Shown: positions 1 to 9,514, counted from the stretch's first letter. The stretch is 32,000 nucleotides of DNA from Acaryochloris marina MBIC11017 (GCF_000018105.1 NC_009925.1:6270001-6302000); one strand, 5' to 3'. Made by a program: numbers and translations. The notes: a model not told the origin generated them from the letters alone.

Positions 1-114
1 TAATCAGGTTGGTTATATACAAATTACGACAAAGGAAATATATCTTAAATATTTCAGATTTCTAATGAAAATTAGCTTTAGATAAAAAGATTTTTTACTG
101 CGGCATAAATTTAC

Positions 115-228
115 TAGACCTCTTGCATAATTCAGCTACTGATATGGTAGAAGACTAAAAATTCAAGTCAAATCGCGGCATGAATTGAGCGCACAACACA
201 TCATGAAGTGAATATTGCAAGAGGTCTA
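115..228. repeat. 13-bp inverted repeat TAGACCTCTTGCA (115-127) / TGCAAGAGGTCTA (216-228), 88-nt spacer, immediately downstream of the integrase remnant
   Basis: Read directly from the sequence. The arms are perfect reverse complements. Function unknown. Confidence 0.6.
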
Positions 229-234
229 CTGAAA

Positions 235-630
235 CTACAACCTACCCCACTGAAATTCCCCCAACCGCTTCGAATTCAGCTTCATATATGTCACTGTATG
301 CTGAATATTTAGATGCCCCAACCAATCTTGAAGCAACATTGTATCCAACCCCTGATTCGACAGGTGATAACCACAGCTACGGCGCAACTGGGGATTAAGT
401 GTCATTCCCAGTTGCGCCAACTCCCCACAGCGATTGATCAGACTTGTCAACGCATAGCACTTAATCTGATCCCTCCTCCGACAAATCTGACAGCACCCCC
501 GTCACCCCTTCCAGAAGAACCTTCCGGTTATCGTCGTACCACATCACCATTTCTGGCTTCACTTGGCGTGGGAGCTGCTTCACTGCCCGGACATACCCCA
601 CCTACCTGAGGAATCCACCACCGCAGTATT
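235..630 (-). pseudogene. Decayed tyrosine recombinase (phage-integrase family) remnant; only the C-terminal catalytic part is still an ORF (235-450)
   Basis: ORF 235-450 ends with LRRSCGYHLSNQGLDTMLLQDWLGHLNIQHTVTYMKL, which resembles the HxLRHSxG...LGHxxIxxTxxYT(catalytic Y) box II of tyrosine recombinases. The ORF starts at TTG. Upstream (about 450-630), integrase-like stretches (for example RAVKQLPRQ) appear only in other frames and are broken by stops. Confidence 0.55.
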
Positions 631-661
631 TAAACCTCGTCGATGCGTGGCGTTAAAAGTT

Positions 662-1027
662 TTATTTTCGATTCTTAAGATATGACCTTTTCGATTTTAT
701 TTTTTTATTCTCAAAGGTAAACACATCGCAGCCATCCACCTTAATTTTTGTACCATCTTTTGTTGTACCGACAATTGTCCACTCTGAGCAGCCATAGTTA
801 TCTTGTGAGAAATGGATTGCGTTTTCAAATCTTACATTTGGAATATCTGTCCATACTTCAATGAATCGTGCCCTCACAGCATCATGACCTTCATAACTGG
901 TGCCAAATCTCTCGGGTCCACCTCCAGGTTCGAAAACACAATCTTCTGTCATGAACTTCATGATTTTATCGATATCATGCTCGTTCCAGGCATCACTGTA
1001 CTCTTGTAGTTCTTTCGAATTCATCAC
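662..1027 (-). CDS. SnoaL-like / NTF2-fold small protein (polyketide-cyclase-like family)
   Basis: The 121-aa ORF has the typical SnoaL-like N-terminus (YSDAWNEHDIDKIMKFMTEDCVFE...) and size. The first codon at 1027 is GTG and an ATG follows at 1024, so the start is 1027 or 1024. Confidence 0.7.
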   Translation of the reverse strand: MMNSKELQEYSDAWNEHDIDKIMKFMTEDCVFEPGGGPERFGTSYEGHDAVRARFIEVWTDIPNVRFENAIHFSQDNYGCSEWTIVGTTKDGTKIKVDGCDVFTFENKKIKSKRSYLKNRK

Positions 1028-1347
1028 TCTTTAGAAGTACTCATAACATCCACAATCACTGGGCTAAAAAGAGTGATTGTCCATTTAAAATACTCCTAAC
1101 TTGGCGGCTCTAATTAATAAGGGTGATTAAGATTAGAGGAAGTCGTGTAAATTGGAACTTCCAGCTTATCAAACACTTTTTCTGATCCAGAGAGGACACC
1201 CCACCCCCCCAACCTGTCTTAAACGGTCTTGTTGTATGGGGCGAATATACATGCTCTTTGTTTCAAAAGACCTCCTAACGAGGTCAAAGTATTGGAAGTT
1301 CGTGGATTTGATCTAAATTAGGCAGTAAGATCGAGCTTATTGAGAAT

Positions 1348-2028
1348 TTATCCACCCGAGCTATTGAGCCGATAGCCCATCCCTCTGACCGTCTCAATGT
1401 ATTGACTACCGAACTTTCGCCGTAAATGTCGTATGTAGACCTCGATGATATTGGAGCCTGGATCGTAGTCGTAACCCCAAACTCGATTTAGAAGCTGCTC
1501 TTTACTCATCACCTGCATCGGATGCCGCAGAAGCACTTCCGCCAAAATAAATTCTTTCGCCGACAACTCCACCACGCGATTACCCACCCAAGCTTGCCGT
1601 GTCAATAAATCTAGCGATAGATTGCCGACCTGTAAGTGTGTCTCGGAAGGAGGTTGTGCCCCAATGCGACGATCGCGCAGTTGCACCTTTATACGGGCCA
1701 ATAACTCTTCAAAGCGAAAGGGCTTGGTCATATAGTCATTCGCGCCTCTTTCCAGAGCCTGAACGGTGTCATCTACACCATCCCTAGCAGTAAGGACGAT
1801 GATAGGCAGCAATTCACCTTGCCCCCGAATCTCCCGCAATACAGTGAGGCCATCCTTTCTAGGCAAACCTAAATCTAAGATAAGCAGGTCAAACTGATCA
1901 CTACAGGCCAAATTGGCAGCCTGGCCACCGTCTTCTGCCACCAGAGCTGTGAATCCATGGGCCTTGAGACCAGCCTTCAAAAAGTCAACAATGTGCGGGT
2001 TATCTTCCGCAATCAGAATGCGATTCAT
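1348..2028 (-). CDS. OmpR/PhoB-family response regulator (receiver + winged-helix DNA-binding domain)
   Basis: Receiver motifs are present (ILIAEDN, LLILDLGLPRKDG, KPF). The C-terminal winged helix reads LSAKEFILAEVLL...VWGYDYDPGSNIIEVYIRHLRRK...TVRGMGYRL. The start overlaps the upstream kinase stop by 29 nt. Confidence 0.95.
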   Translation of the reverse strand: MNRILIAEDNPHIVDFLKAGLKAHGFTALVAEDGGQAANLACSDQFDLLILDLGLPRKDGLTVLREIRGQGELLPIIVLTARDGVDDTVQALERGANDYMTKPFRFEELLARIKVQLRDRRIGAQPPSETHLQVGNLSLDLLTRQAWVGNRVVELSAKEFILAEVLLRHPMQVMSKEQLLNRVWGYDYDPGSNIIEVYIRHLRRKFGSQYIETVRGMGYRLNSSGG

Positions 2029-3463
2029 GCTGAGTGTTTCTCGACTGATGGACTACGGGATCTAACGGTAAGATCAGTGTGAAGGTCGCACCTTGACCCA
2101 GCTCACTCCACAATTCAATTCGTCCACCATGAGCTTGAACAATTTTGCTCACAATTGCTAGCCCCAATCCGGCCCCTTCAAACGGACGATTATTGGTGGT
2201 GGCTTGGGCGAACCGCTCGAAAATACGAGTTTGGTCAGCTAGGGCAATACCTTCTCCTGTGTCGCGGACCCAAAATCGCAATGAATCGCCATCAACAGCA
2301 GAGCCCAAGGCAATCACATCTCCAGGTTGAGTATGCCGTAAGGCATTTTGCACTAAATTCATCACGGCTTGAGAAAACCGCTGCTGATCGATGGTGGCTG
2401 GATATAGCCCCTTAGCCTCTAGCCGCCAGTCTCGGTCTGAGGTGAGCGATCTCGCCTTGAGATACAACTCCTCGGTTAGCCAGTCCAAATCTTCGGGTTT
2501 CATAATCAGAAAATCAGGACACTCCGCCTTCGTCAGCAGCAACAGATCATTAACCAGCCGATTCATCTGCTGGAGCTCGTTGGTAATTAGCGAGATGGTT
2601 TCTGGTTGTTTTTCGGGACGGTAAGCTAGAGTTTCGAGCTGTCCTTGAATCACTGTTATGGGTGTTCGTAGTTCGTGGCTCACATCTTTCAGAAACTCTT
2701 GCTGTCCATCAAAGGCACTTTGCAATCGATCCAGCATAGCGTTGAATGTTGCCACAACCTCAGTGATTTCATCGGACCCCTGAATCGGAATCCGCTGACT
2801 CATATCAGATTCAGTAATTTGCCGGGCTGTTTGATTCATCAATCGCAGTGGCCGCAGCAGTCGTCCCGCTGAGACCCAGGCCACAACAAAGAAAACCCCT
2901 AGCACTGCGACGGAAACCTTGAGCACTAACCAAATTGCACTTGTTCCCGACTGGTAGGCGATGGTTTTGTCTTCTATCGCCACAAAAATACCCTTTACCT
3001 GTTGACCGATGACTAGCGGCTCAGCAGCATAAATAACATTTCGATTCGTTCCTTCCAGACGCTGACGCTGAGGTATTTTCAAGTTGGCCCAGGTCTTCAT
3101 GAGGTCAGAGTTGCGGGCTAACCAGTTTGGTAAAGGGCCACTAGCACGATAAAACTGACCGTTCACAAAAGTGAGGACCTCTTCATCCTTAGATGGGACA
3201 TGACTGGTCACCACCTGATCAAACAGCTCATTGACCTCTTGGTCCGTTGGCTGTCGAGTGGTAAGAGGCTCAGCAAACTGCTTAAATCGTGCCACTTCTT
3301 CTGTCACAGCCGCTTCTGCCTGCTCATACAGACGATCGCAGTAAATCTGCCGCGTTACCCAAACAGCCATCCCCGTTGTAGAGACGGCTAACAAAAAGTA
3401 CCAGGCTAAGAGGCGAGTGCGAAAGTTACGAAAGGACATCAGCCACTCAGTTACTGGTTTCAT
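2000..3463 (-). CDS. Membrane sensor histidine kinase (2 TM + periplasmic loop, HAMP, HisKA, HATPase_c)
   Basis: Two hydrophobic segments flank a ~150-aa loop. A HAMP-like segment follows, then the H-box SHELRTPIT, the N box VQNALRHT and the G boxes DTGEGI / GAGLGLAIV. The ATG overlaps the DoxX stop as ATGA (3460-3463). Confidence 0.9.
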   Translation of the reverse strand: MKPVTEWLMSFRNFRTRLLAWYFLLAVSTTGMAVWVTRQIYCDRLYEQAEAAVTEEVARFKQFAEPLTTRQPTDQEVNELFDQVVTSHVPSKDEEVLTFVNGQFYRASGPLPNWLARNSDLMKTWANLKIPQRQRLEGTNRNVIYAAEPLVIGQQVKGIFVAIEDKTIAYQSGTSAIWLVLKVSVAVLGVFFVVAWVSAGRLLRPLRLMNQTARQITESDMSQRIPIQGSDEITEVVATFNAMLDRLQSAFDGQQEFLKDVSHELRTPITVIQGQLETLAYRPEKQPETISLITNELQQMNRLVNDLLLLTKAECPDFLIMKPEDLDWLTEELYLKARSLTSDRDWRLEAKGLYPATIDQQRFSQAVMNLVQNALRHTQPGDVIALGSAVDGDSLRFWVRDTGEGIALADQTRIFERFAQATTNNRPFEGAGLGLAIVSKIVQAHGGRIELWSELGQGATFTLILPLDPVVHQSRNTQHESHSDCGR

Positions 3464-3885
3464 CGTACCGATTCCTTAGGGTATGGGGAAGGCAACACTT
3501 TATTGGATTGACGGTCTAGACTCATTGGCCCTGATCCATATGTCACCACCATCAACAGGCCACCAATAATAGAAAGATTTTTCAGGAACTGGATCGTCTG
3601 CGTTGGGTCCACGATGGGATTATGAAATACGAGGGTCGCTGGTACGAGAAACACCAGCAAGAGTCCTGTACCTATCTGAGCTCTGTAACCCAGAATCAAG
3701 GAGAGACTGCCTAAGAATAAGAAAGCAATGGTAAACACGGTCACAAGCGGTGCTAAAGGCAGTCCTGCCCCAGCAATTTGCTGCTGGGTTCCCGAAAAAT
3801 TAGAAATCTTGCCAATGCCGCTGTGCAGGAAAATAATCGAGATCGCAGTGCGAGCCAAGAGAGGAACATATTTTTGAAAAGCCAT
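3460..3885 (-). CDS. DoxX-family integral membrane protein
   Basis: The 141-aa protein has four hydrophobic helices and DoxX-like motifs (IIFLHSGIGKI..., FLKNLSIIGGLLMV). Confidence 0.8.
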   Translation of the reverse strand: MAFQKYVPLLARTAISIIFLHSGIGKISNFSGTQQQIAGAGLPLAPLVTVFTIAFLFLGSLSLILGYRAQIGTGLLLVFLVPATLVFHNPIVDPTQTIQFLKNLSIIGGLLMVVTYGSGPMSLDRQSNKVLPSPYPKESVR

Positions 3886-3940
3886 GAGATTTCTCCTAAT
3901 TACTTGGGGTTATCGAATTGATGAATTGGAAATTCAGCAT

Positions 3941-5242
3941 TCAGCTGGAAATTGGAGTTTTGTGTTTAGAAAGTTGAATTCGGTCTTTTGCGCTATTGCT
4001 CGACAGAATGATACGAATGGCACGATCACCTCGGATATAGCCCTGCAGCCAGTTCAACAGAACCATCAATCGATTCCGAAACCCTGGTAGGTACACGAGG
4101 TGCACACTAAGCCACAACAGCCAGGGCAAAAAGCCTGTGAGCAAGAAGGGGCCAATTTTGCCCACACCAGCGTATACACCAATAATCGCCAACCGTCCTT
4201 TATTGAAATAGCTAAACGGTTTGGGAGATTTACCGCGAAGCTGTCGTCGTAGGTTATGTGCAACGGCAACCCCCTGTTGCAAGGCTTCTGGTGCGACCCC
4301 TGCAAGCGGCTTACCGTGTTGTTGGGTGTAAGCTAAGTCCCCGATCGCATACACGTTGTCATGGTCAATCAGCTGTAGTGTTGGCCGCACCTTTAGCTTG
4401 TGTTTGCGAGCGGTGGTTAGTGGGGCTGTTACATCTGGTAAGGCGGCTTCCAGTCCGGCAGCCCATACGACTGTTCCTGTAGGTAGTGTTGAGCCGTCTG
4501 AAAACTCTACCGCCTGCTCTGTGACTCGCCTTACCCGTGTCTTAAAATACACGTTAATGCCAAGCTGTCGCAGCTTTCTGGTGGTGTAGTGACCCAAACG
4601 ATTGGGCAAGTTAACCAACAGATTGTCCCCTGACTGAACCAAAACAATCCGCATCTGTGACCAGTTGAGGGTGGGATAGTCGTGCCGAAGCGAACGCTTT
4701 AACTCCACCAACGTGCCCGCCATCTCAACACCAGTTGGACCACCACCAACAATGACGAAGGTCAGCAATTGCTGCCGCTGCACTGGGTCATGCTCCTGCA
4801 CCACTTGTTCAAACCGTTGGAGGATGTGGTTTCGCAATGCAATAGCATGATCCAATGTTTGTAGTGGAAAGGCGAAGTCTTCAGCACCCGGTACGCCGAG
4901 AAACTGGGTCTGACTGCCTGTGGCCATTACCAGATAATCGTATGAAATTACCGCTTTGTCTGTTTCAACCACCTGATGCTCAAAATCTATGCGCTGTACT
5001 TCAGCCATCAGAAAGCGAGTGCGTGGAGCACGGCGTAGCACCGTGCGAAGCGGATAGGCAATGCTCTCTGGCTCAAGTTGGGCAGCCGCCACCTGATATA
5101 GCAGTGGCACAAATGTGTTGTAGTTGTGGCGATCGATCAGGCAAACCTCTGCCCCGCTATGAGCCAAGGATTGGGCTGCTTGCATACCACCAAACCCAGC
5201 ACCAACAACAACAATTCTTTGGGGATTGTGAACAGGTTGCAT
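3941..5242 (-). CDS. ndh: Type II NADH:quinone oxidoreductase (NDH-2), FAD/NAD(P)-binding
   Basis: There are two Rossmann dinucleotide motifs (VVVGAGFGGMQAA and IVGGGPTGVEMAG). The conserved AIGD motif and the C-terminal membrane-anchoring helices typical of NDH-2 are also present. Confidence 0.9.
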   Translation of the reverse strand: MQPVHNPQRIVVVGAGFGGMQAAQSLAHSGAEVCLIDRHNYNTFVPLLYQVAAAQLEPESIAYPLRTVLRRAPRTRFLMAEVQRIDFEHQVVETDKAVISYDYLVMATGSQTQFLGVPGAEDFAFPLQTLDHAIALRNHILQRFEQVVQEHDPVQRQQLLTFVIVGGGPTGVEMAGTLVELKRSLRHDYPTLNWSQMRIVLVQSGDNLLVNLPNRLGHYTTRKLRQLGINVYFKTRVRRVTEQAVEFSDGSTLPTGTVVWAAGLEAALPDVTAPLTTARKHKLKVRPTLQLIDHDNVYAIGDLAYTQQHGKPLAGVAPEALQQGVAVAHNLRRQLRGKSPKPFSYFNKGRLAIIGVYAGVGKIGPFLLTGFLPWLLWLSVHLVYLPGFRNRLMVLLNWLQGYIRGDRAIRIILSSNSAKDRIQLSKHKTPISS

Positions 5243-5310
5243 AATTTGGATGCATTAATGGGGTTGATATTTTTGAGCATCGCAATCCCCAGGATTAGTT
5301 TCCTGAATCT

Positions 5311-5332
5311 AACCTGAAAATTTTTTCAGGTT
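5311..5332. promoter_or_regulatory. 22-bp palindrome AACCTGAAAATTTTTTCAGGTT plus an extra CCTGAA half-site (5302-5307), 69-90 bp upstream of the ndh start
   Basis: Read directly. CCTGAA occurs at 5302 and 5313, and TTCAGG at 5325. The position fits an operator or promoter element of the ndh-doxX-HK-RR unit. There is no T-tract, so it is not a convincing terminator. Confidence 0.3.
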
Positions 5333-5511
5333 CTGATGGGGTAGCCATGATTCTCCGGCTCAGTTGCAGAAATCGGGTTGGTTCAATTCAGGGTAACAAT
5401 TGTGCTGAAGGGATAAGGACTACCACTACTGCTGTGCAAGGACTTTAAGGATTTTGGGTTGTTTAAAAGTGTTACCCTGGCATCCGATTACTTGAACCAT
5501 GCAGAGGCTGC

Positions 5512-6249
5512 CTATAGCGTTTGCTTCGACGGACGGATGATTACCTCATTGATGTCAACATCGGCAGGCTGAGCCACGGCGAAGTGAATAGCACGCGCGA
5601 CCGCGTCCGCGTCAATGGCAATTTCGGTAAACGTCTTTACACCCTCCTTCACCTCAGCCACTGAAATATGATCAGTGAGCTCAGTCTTGATAGCACCGGG
5701 ACTGATATTCGTCACCCTTATGGAACCATCGGACTCCATGCGAATGCCCTCACCAAATGCTCGAACGGCGAACTTAGTAGCGCAGTAAACTGCAGCACCT
5801 GGAAAGACAAGATGCCCAGCTACTGAGCTTATATTTACAAACTGGCCTGAGCCTTGGGCGCGCATGAGAGGCTGAGCGGCGGCCACACCGTTGAGCACGC
5901 CCTTGATGTTAACGTCCACCATCCAGTTCCACTCATCGATGCGGTTCATTTCAACAGGAGAGAGCGGCATAACCCCTGCATTGTTAACCCAAACATCCAG
6001 ACGCCCGTAGGTATCTTTAGCAGTTTCCGCCGCACACTGCATATCCTCAAAAGCTGTGACGTCAGCCTCAACAGCGATGGCTTGACCACCAGTCGCTTCA
6101 ATGTCTTTGACAAGTTGGTCAAGCCGCGACTTGCGACGGGCAACAGCAACTATCTTCGCCCCGTCTTTGGCCAACAGGTGAGCAGTTGCTTCGCCAATGC
6201 CGCTGCTTGCTCCAGTGATAACGACGACTTGGTCAAGTTTATTGTTCAT
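5512..6249 (-). CDS. Short-chain dehydrogenase/reductase (SDR) family oxidoreductase
   Basis: Motifs TGASSGIGE (TGxxxGxG), NNAG and the catalytic S...YCATK are present. I place the start at the internal ATG at 6249 (MNNKLDQVVVITG), which is preceded by AGGAG. The 38-codon upstream extension of the tracked ORF (to 6363) has no SDR counterpart. Confidence 0.9.
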   Translation of the reverse strand: MNNKLDQVVVITGASSGIGEATAHLLAKDGAKIVAVARRKSRLDQLVKDIEATGGQAIAVEADVTAFEDMQCAAETAKDTYGRLDVWVNNAGVMPLSPVEMNRIDEWNWMVDVNIKGVLNGVAAAQPLMRAQGSGQFVNISSVAGHLVFPGAAVYCATKFAVRAFGEGIRMESDGSIRVTNISPGAIKTELTDHISVAEVKEGVKTFTEIAIDADAVARAIHFAVAQPADVDINEVIIRPSKQTL

Positions 6250-6434
6250 GATCAATGCTCCTGGCTGATAAAAATAGGCAGCAGTTTCTTTCTCCAAAGC
6301 ACTATAGCGTGCCTCATAACGACTAAGATAAGCGGCGACAGGCAACTCTAGCACCCTTGCCAAGCTCCTCTGACCGTCCGCCTCATCGACTTGTTAGGTT
6401 GCGTCGCTACAAATTGCTCTTTACTGCTTTATAC

Positions 6435-6716
6435 CTATAAACCTGTTTCAGAAATGTGCTGAGAACGATCTTTTGCAGAAATGAACCAAGCTGTGCCGAT
6501 TAGTGTCGAGTATCCCCCAAATAAAAAGGCTGCGTAACGGCCTGCTGTTTCAGGTTGCATATTGCCCATCAGTTCTGAAAACCCAGCAAGAATTGGAATA
6601 TTGCCCAGCATCCCCGGTAAAGCAATGTAGATTGCACATTGCAACCAATCTTTCTGCTCAATCTTTCGCCACTTCATTACTCCCAGCGAAAAAACAGCAT
6701 ATAGAATACCTGTCAA
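6435..6716 (-). CDS. Hypothetical small membrane protein (possibly a 3' fragment of a longer gene)
   Basis: The 93-aa hydrophobic ORF starts at TTG. The frame stays open for 35 more codons upstream (to 6821) without an ATG. No family is recognised. Confidence 0.3.
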   Translation of the reverse strand: MTGILYAVFSLGVMKWRKIEQKDWLQCAIYIALPGMLGNIPILAGFSELMGNMQPETAGRYAAFLFGGYSTLIGTAWFISAKDRSQHISETGL

Positions 6717-6954
6717 ACTGACGCTAAGCCAATACCTAGCAGCAAAGCCTTCAAAGAAGGGGTTAGCGGCTATAAGGTCTGGGCTAGCTGTTAACTCTTT
6801 GAGTCGATTAATAATGGTTTGTTAATCTCGGGAAAAATAATTCTTTCGTTATCAAGAGCAAACGCACTGATAATCAGTCATTCCAGCCATTAGATTTATC
6901 TGGCAGAACATATCAAAGAATCAATATCTAATAAGCTACTTTAACGCAGACCTT

Positions 6955-7962
6955 TTAGCCGCTAACGGGTGCTTCCCCGTGCACTTCATAGAATTCCTGC
7001 TCCGCCTTCAGCTCAATCCCCCGATCCGAGTATCGGACAAAAGACTGCTCTGAAGCATGACGGGTAATCCGCCGGGCCAGAACTGAATCCATGTCCTTCA
7101 TCACTAACCGAGTCGCTAGGGTATGCCGTCCCCGGTGAGGATGGGCATTCTCCACCTCGGCAATCTCAGCAATGGCCTTGAATATTTTGTAGATACCCCA
7201 GTACTGTAATCGCTGACCTTTGCTGTTGTTGGAGTGGGAGACGAACAACGGTGAATCATTTCCCAGAGCATCCCCCTGCTGCTCTCGCCATTGCTTATAC
7301 TGGTCAATCGCTTTTCGGGCTTTCTTCAACAGGGGTACGGTGCCCACACTATCTGCTTTAGCGACTCGAATGGTGATGCGCTGCCCGTCGTAGTCCCCGA
7401 CGTTCAGTCTGTGAATCTCCGATGCCCTCAGCCCATGATCAATCAGGTGAAGCAAGGCTCGATCTCGGAAGGCATGGAAGCCGCGATCGCAAATCGCCTG
7501 GTAGAGATTATCCACTTCATCCTGGCTAAACTCCTGGGGTAGCACGGGATCAGACTTGAGTTTTTCTAGGAGCAAAGTTGGGTCTTTAGTGATGTAGTCC
7601 CGGACCGTTAGCCATTTGAAAAAGCCCTGCAATGCGGCCAAGTTGCGGTTAATGGTTGCGTTCTTTCGGAGTTGGCCCCGTTGATTGGGTTCCACCTTCA
7701 GGTAGTTCTTGTACCGATCCAAGTCCCTGGCTGTTATCTCATGCCAACCCTTATCGGTCCAATCCATGAACTGCTTCAAGTCTCGCTCATAGGCTTTGCG
7801 AGTGTTGGAGCTAATCTCGCGAGACCTCATAAACTCTTCCACTCGCATCCATCGCAGATCCGCTGGGGTGGTTTTTGGGGGTTGTGTATTGAAGCGGGCA
7901 GTATCGATGGGGGTGGCGGATTGGTCTGACAGTACGATGAGTTTTACTTCGGGGACAGTCAT
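6955..7962 (-). CDS. Tyrosine-type site-specific recombinase / integrase (XerC/D-like, SAM-like N-domain + catalytic domain)
   Basis: The N-terminal core-binding-like region reads NTRKAYERDLKQFMDW. The catalytic residues sit in GLRASEI (R), HPHRGRHTLATRL (HxxR) and ITRHAS...FVRY (H...Y). Confidence 0.9.
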   Translation of the reverse strand: MTVPEVKLIVLSDQSATPIDTARFNTQPPKTTPADLRWMRVEEFMRSREISSNTRKAYERDLKQFMDWTDKGWHEITARDLDRYKNYLKVEPNQRGQLRKNATINRNLAALQGFFKWLTVRDYITKDPTLLLEKLKSDPVLPQEFSQDEVDNLYQAICDRGFHAFRDRALLHLIDHGLRASEIHRLNVGDYDGQRITIRVAKADSVGTVPLLKKARKAIDQYKQWREQQGDALGNDSPLFVSHSNNSKGQRLQYWGIYKIFKAIAEIAEVENAHPHRGRHTLATRLVMKDMDSVLARRITRHASEQSFVRYSDRGIELKAEQEFYEVHGEAPVSG

Positions 7963-8183
7963 TCGGGAAAGCCTAGTAGCAAGACACTGTAATGGGTTGG
8001 GATGCCATCAATGGAGATTCTACTCCAAATAACTGCATAACCTATTCCCTATAAATGAATCTATGCAAACTGTAAGACAAAAGTTTTGACAAACCGTAGG
8101 TTATGGTTTGATTGCCTTACTTCTACCTTTAATTCAGAAGAGCTGATTGAACAAATTTTTACCTGCAATAAACTAAACCCATA

Positions 8184-9311
8184 TTGATACAGGGGATATT
8201 TTCCAATTTGTCACCTCAGAAACGAACTCGAACTTCACCGGGGTATGACCGTTATTTCTCTGCACTCAAGCAGAGATATCGAAAAACGCAGAGAGAGCTA
8301 TTTCTCGGACTATTAGCACTTATTTGCATTATTTTCGCCGGAACCCTTTGGTATTGGATTATTGAGGGTTGGCACTTTATAGAAGCGCTCTATATGACCG
8401 TCATTACTCTAACGACGGTTGGATTCACTGAAGTTCAGCCCCTCAGCGAACGCAGTCGAATTTTTACAATCTTACTGATCGCATTAGGGATTGTTGCCGT
8501 AGGATATATCGTTAACCGATTTACAGCCGCAATTATGGGAGGCTACTTTCAAGAAGGGATGCAATTAAAGCAACGCCGCAAGCTTATGCAAGAACTGTCT
8601 CAGCATTATATTTTGTGTGGATTTGGGAGAACAGGGCGCCAAATTGCAGAAGAGTTTTCTCTCCAAAAGATTCCTTTTGTGGTGGTGGATAACGATGAAG
8701 AGGTGGTTCAGCAGGCACAGCAGTTGGGTTTTATGGCTGTACAAGGAGATGCCACCAAAGATAATATCCTCCATTTACTGAAGATTGAGTCGGCGGTTTG
8801 TCTAATTACAGCTTTAACATCCGATGCTGAGAACTTATATACAGTGCTCTCAGCCAGAACGCTCAATCCAGATATTCGAATTATTGCCCGAGCAAGTAGT
8901 GAAGATGCTATTCAGAAATTGCAACGAGTGGGATCTGATTCTGTGATCTCTCCTTATATAACGGGTGGTAAGCGGATGGCTGCTGCTGCACTACGTCCTC
9001 AAGTGATGGATTTTGTCGATGGGATTTTTGCCGGTGGTGATCAAACGTACTACATGGAAGAGTTTTTTCTCGATCCACAAGTAAGCTCTCAAATTGGCCA
9101 AACTCTTGAAGAATCACAATTGCGATCGCTGACGGGAGTTCTAATCGTAGCTATCCGACGAGATCATGGGGAAATGATTATCGGACCGACTGCAGAGATC
9201 CGACTAGAGGCAGGAGATTTTCTTATCTGCTTAGGGACTGCTGAGCAGCTTCAAACGATGAATCGCACGCTTTGCCCTATTAATCCAAGCCAATTGAAGC
9301 GACCTGTTTGA
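8184..9311 (+). CDS. Two-TM ion channel with cytoplasmic RCK (TrkA-N/TrkA-C) domains; non-canonical pore signature TTVGFTE
   Basis: The fold is TM1, pore helix, TLTTVGFTEV, TM2. A Rossmann RCK domain (ILCGFGRTGRQIAEEF) and a TrkA-C-like C-terminus follow. The start is uncertain: TTG at 8184, with no in-frame ATG before TM1. Confidence 0.8.
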   Translation: MIQGIFSNLSPQKRTRTSPGYDRYFSALKQRYRKTQRELFLGLLALICIIFAGTLWYWIIEGWHFIEALYMTVITLTTVGFTEVQPLSERSRIFTILLIALGIVAVGYIVNRFTAAIMGGYFQEGMQLKQRRKLMQELSQHYILCGFGRTGRQIAEEFSLQKIPFVVVDNDEEVVQQAQQLGFMAVQGDATKDNILHLLKIESAVCLITALTSDAENLYTVLSARTLNPDIRIIARASSEDAIQKLQRVGSDSVISPYITGGKRMAAAALRPQVMDFVDGIFAGGDQTYYMEEFFLDPQVSSQIGQTLEESQLRSLTGVLIVAIRRDHGEMIIGPTAEIRLEAGDFLICLGTAEQLQTMNRTLCPINPSQLKRPV

Positions 9312-9514
9312 GATCAACCACATCAGCAAAGTTCTCAAAACAGTTATTCACCCCCGAAACCATGACGGAAACAGTATTTTCAAGATAATTTCTACTGGGC
9401 GTATGTCGTTACAGCCCCTACTGGGCTCAAACTGCTACATAATAAGTATCGCTGTATATCATGAATACACCTTCAAACAAACGGCAGTCCCGCTTACTAT
9501 TAGGCAGTCTGTTA

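Noticed and set aside
313-609. 98-aa plus-strand ORF
   Set aside because: It runs antisense through the integrase remnant, has low-complexity P/T/L-rich composition and shows no recognisable motif. It is most likely a shadow ORF.
1105-1130. GGCTCTAATTAATAAGGGTG resembling the ISL3 terminal GGCTCTC...AATTAGCGTG (possible solo IR)
   Set aside because: Only the first 6 nt and a short AATTA core match. There is no second end, TSD or transposase remnant nearby.
6250-6363. 38-codon N-terminal extension of the SDR ORF in the track
   Set aside because: SDRs begin a few residues before TGxxxGxG. An ATG with an AGGAG Shine-Dalgarno sits at 6249, and the extension has no family counterpart.
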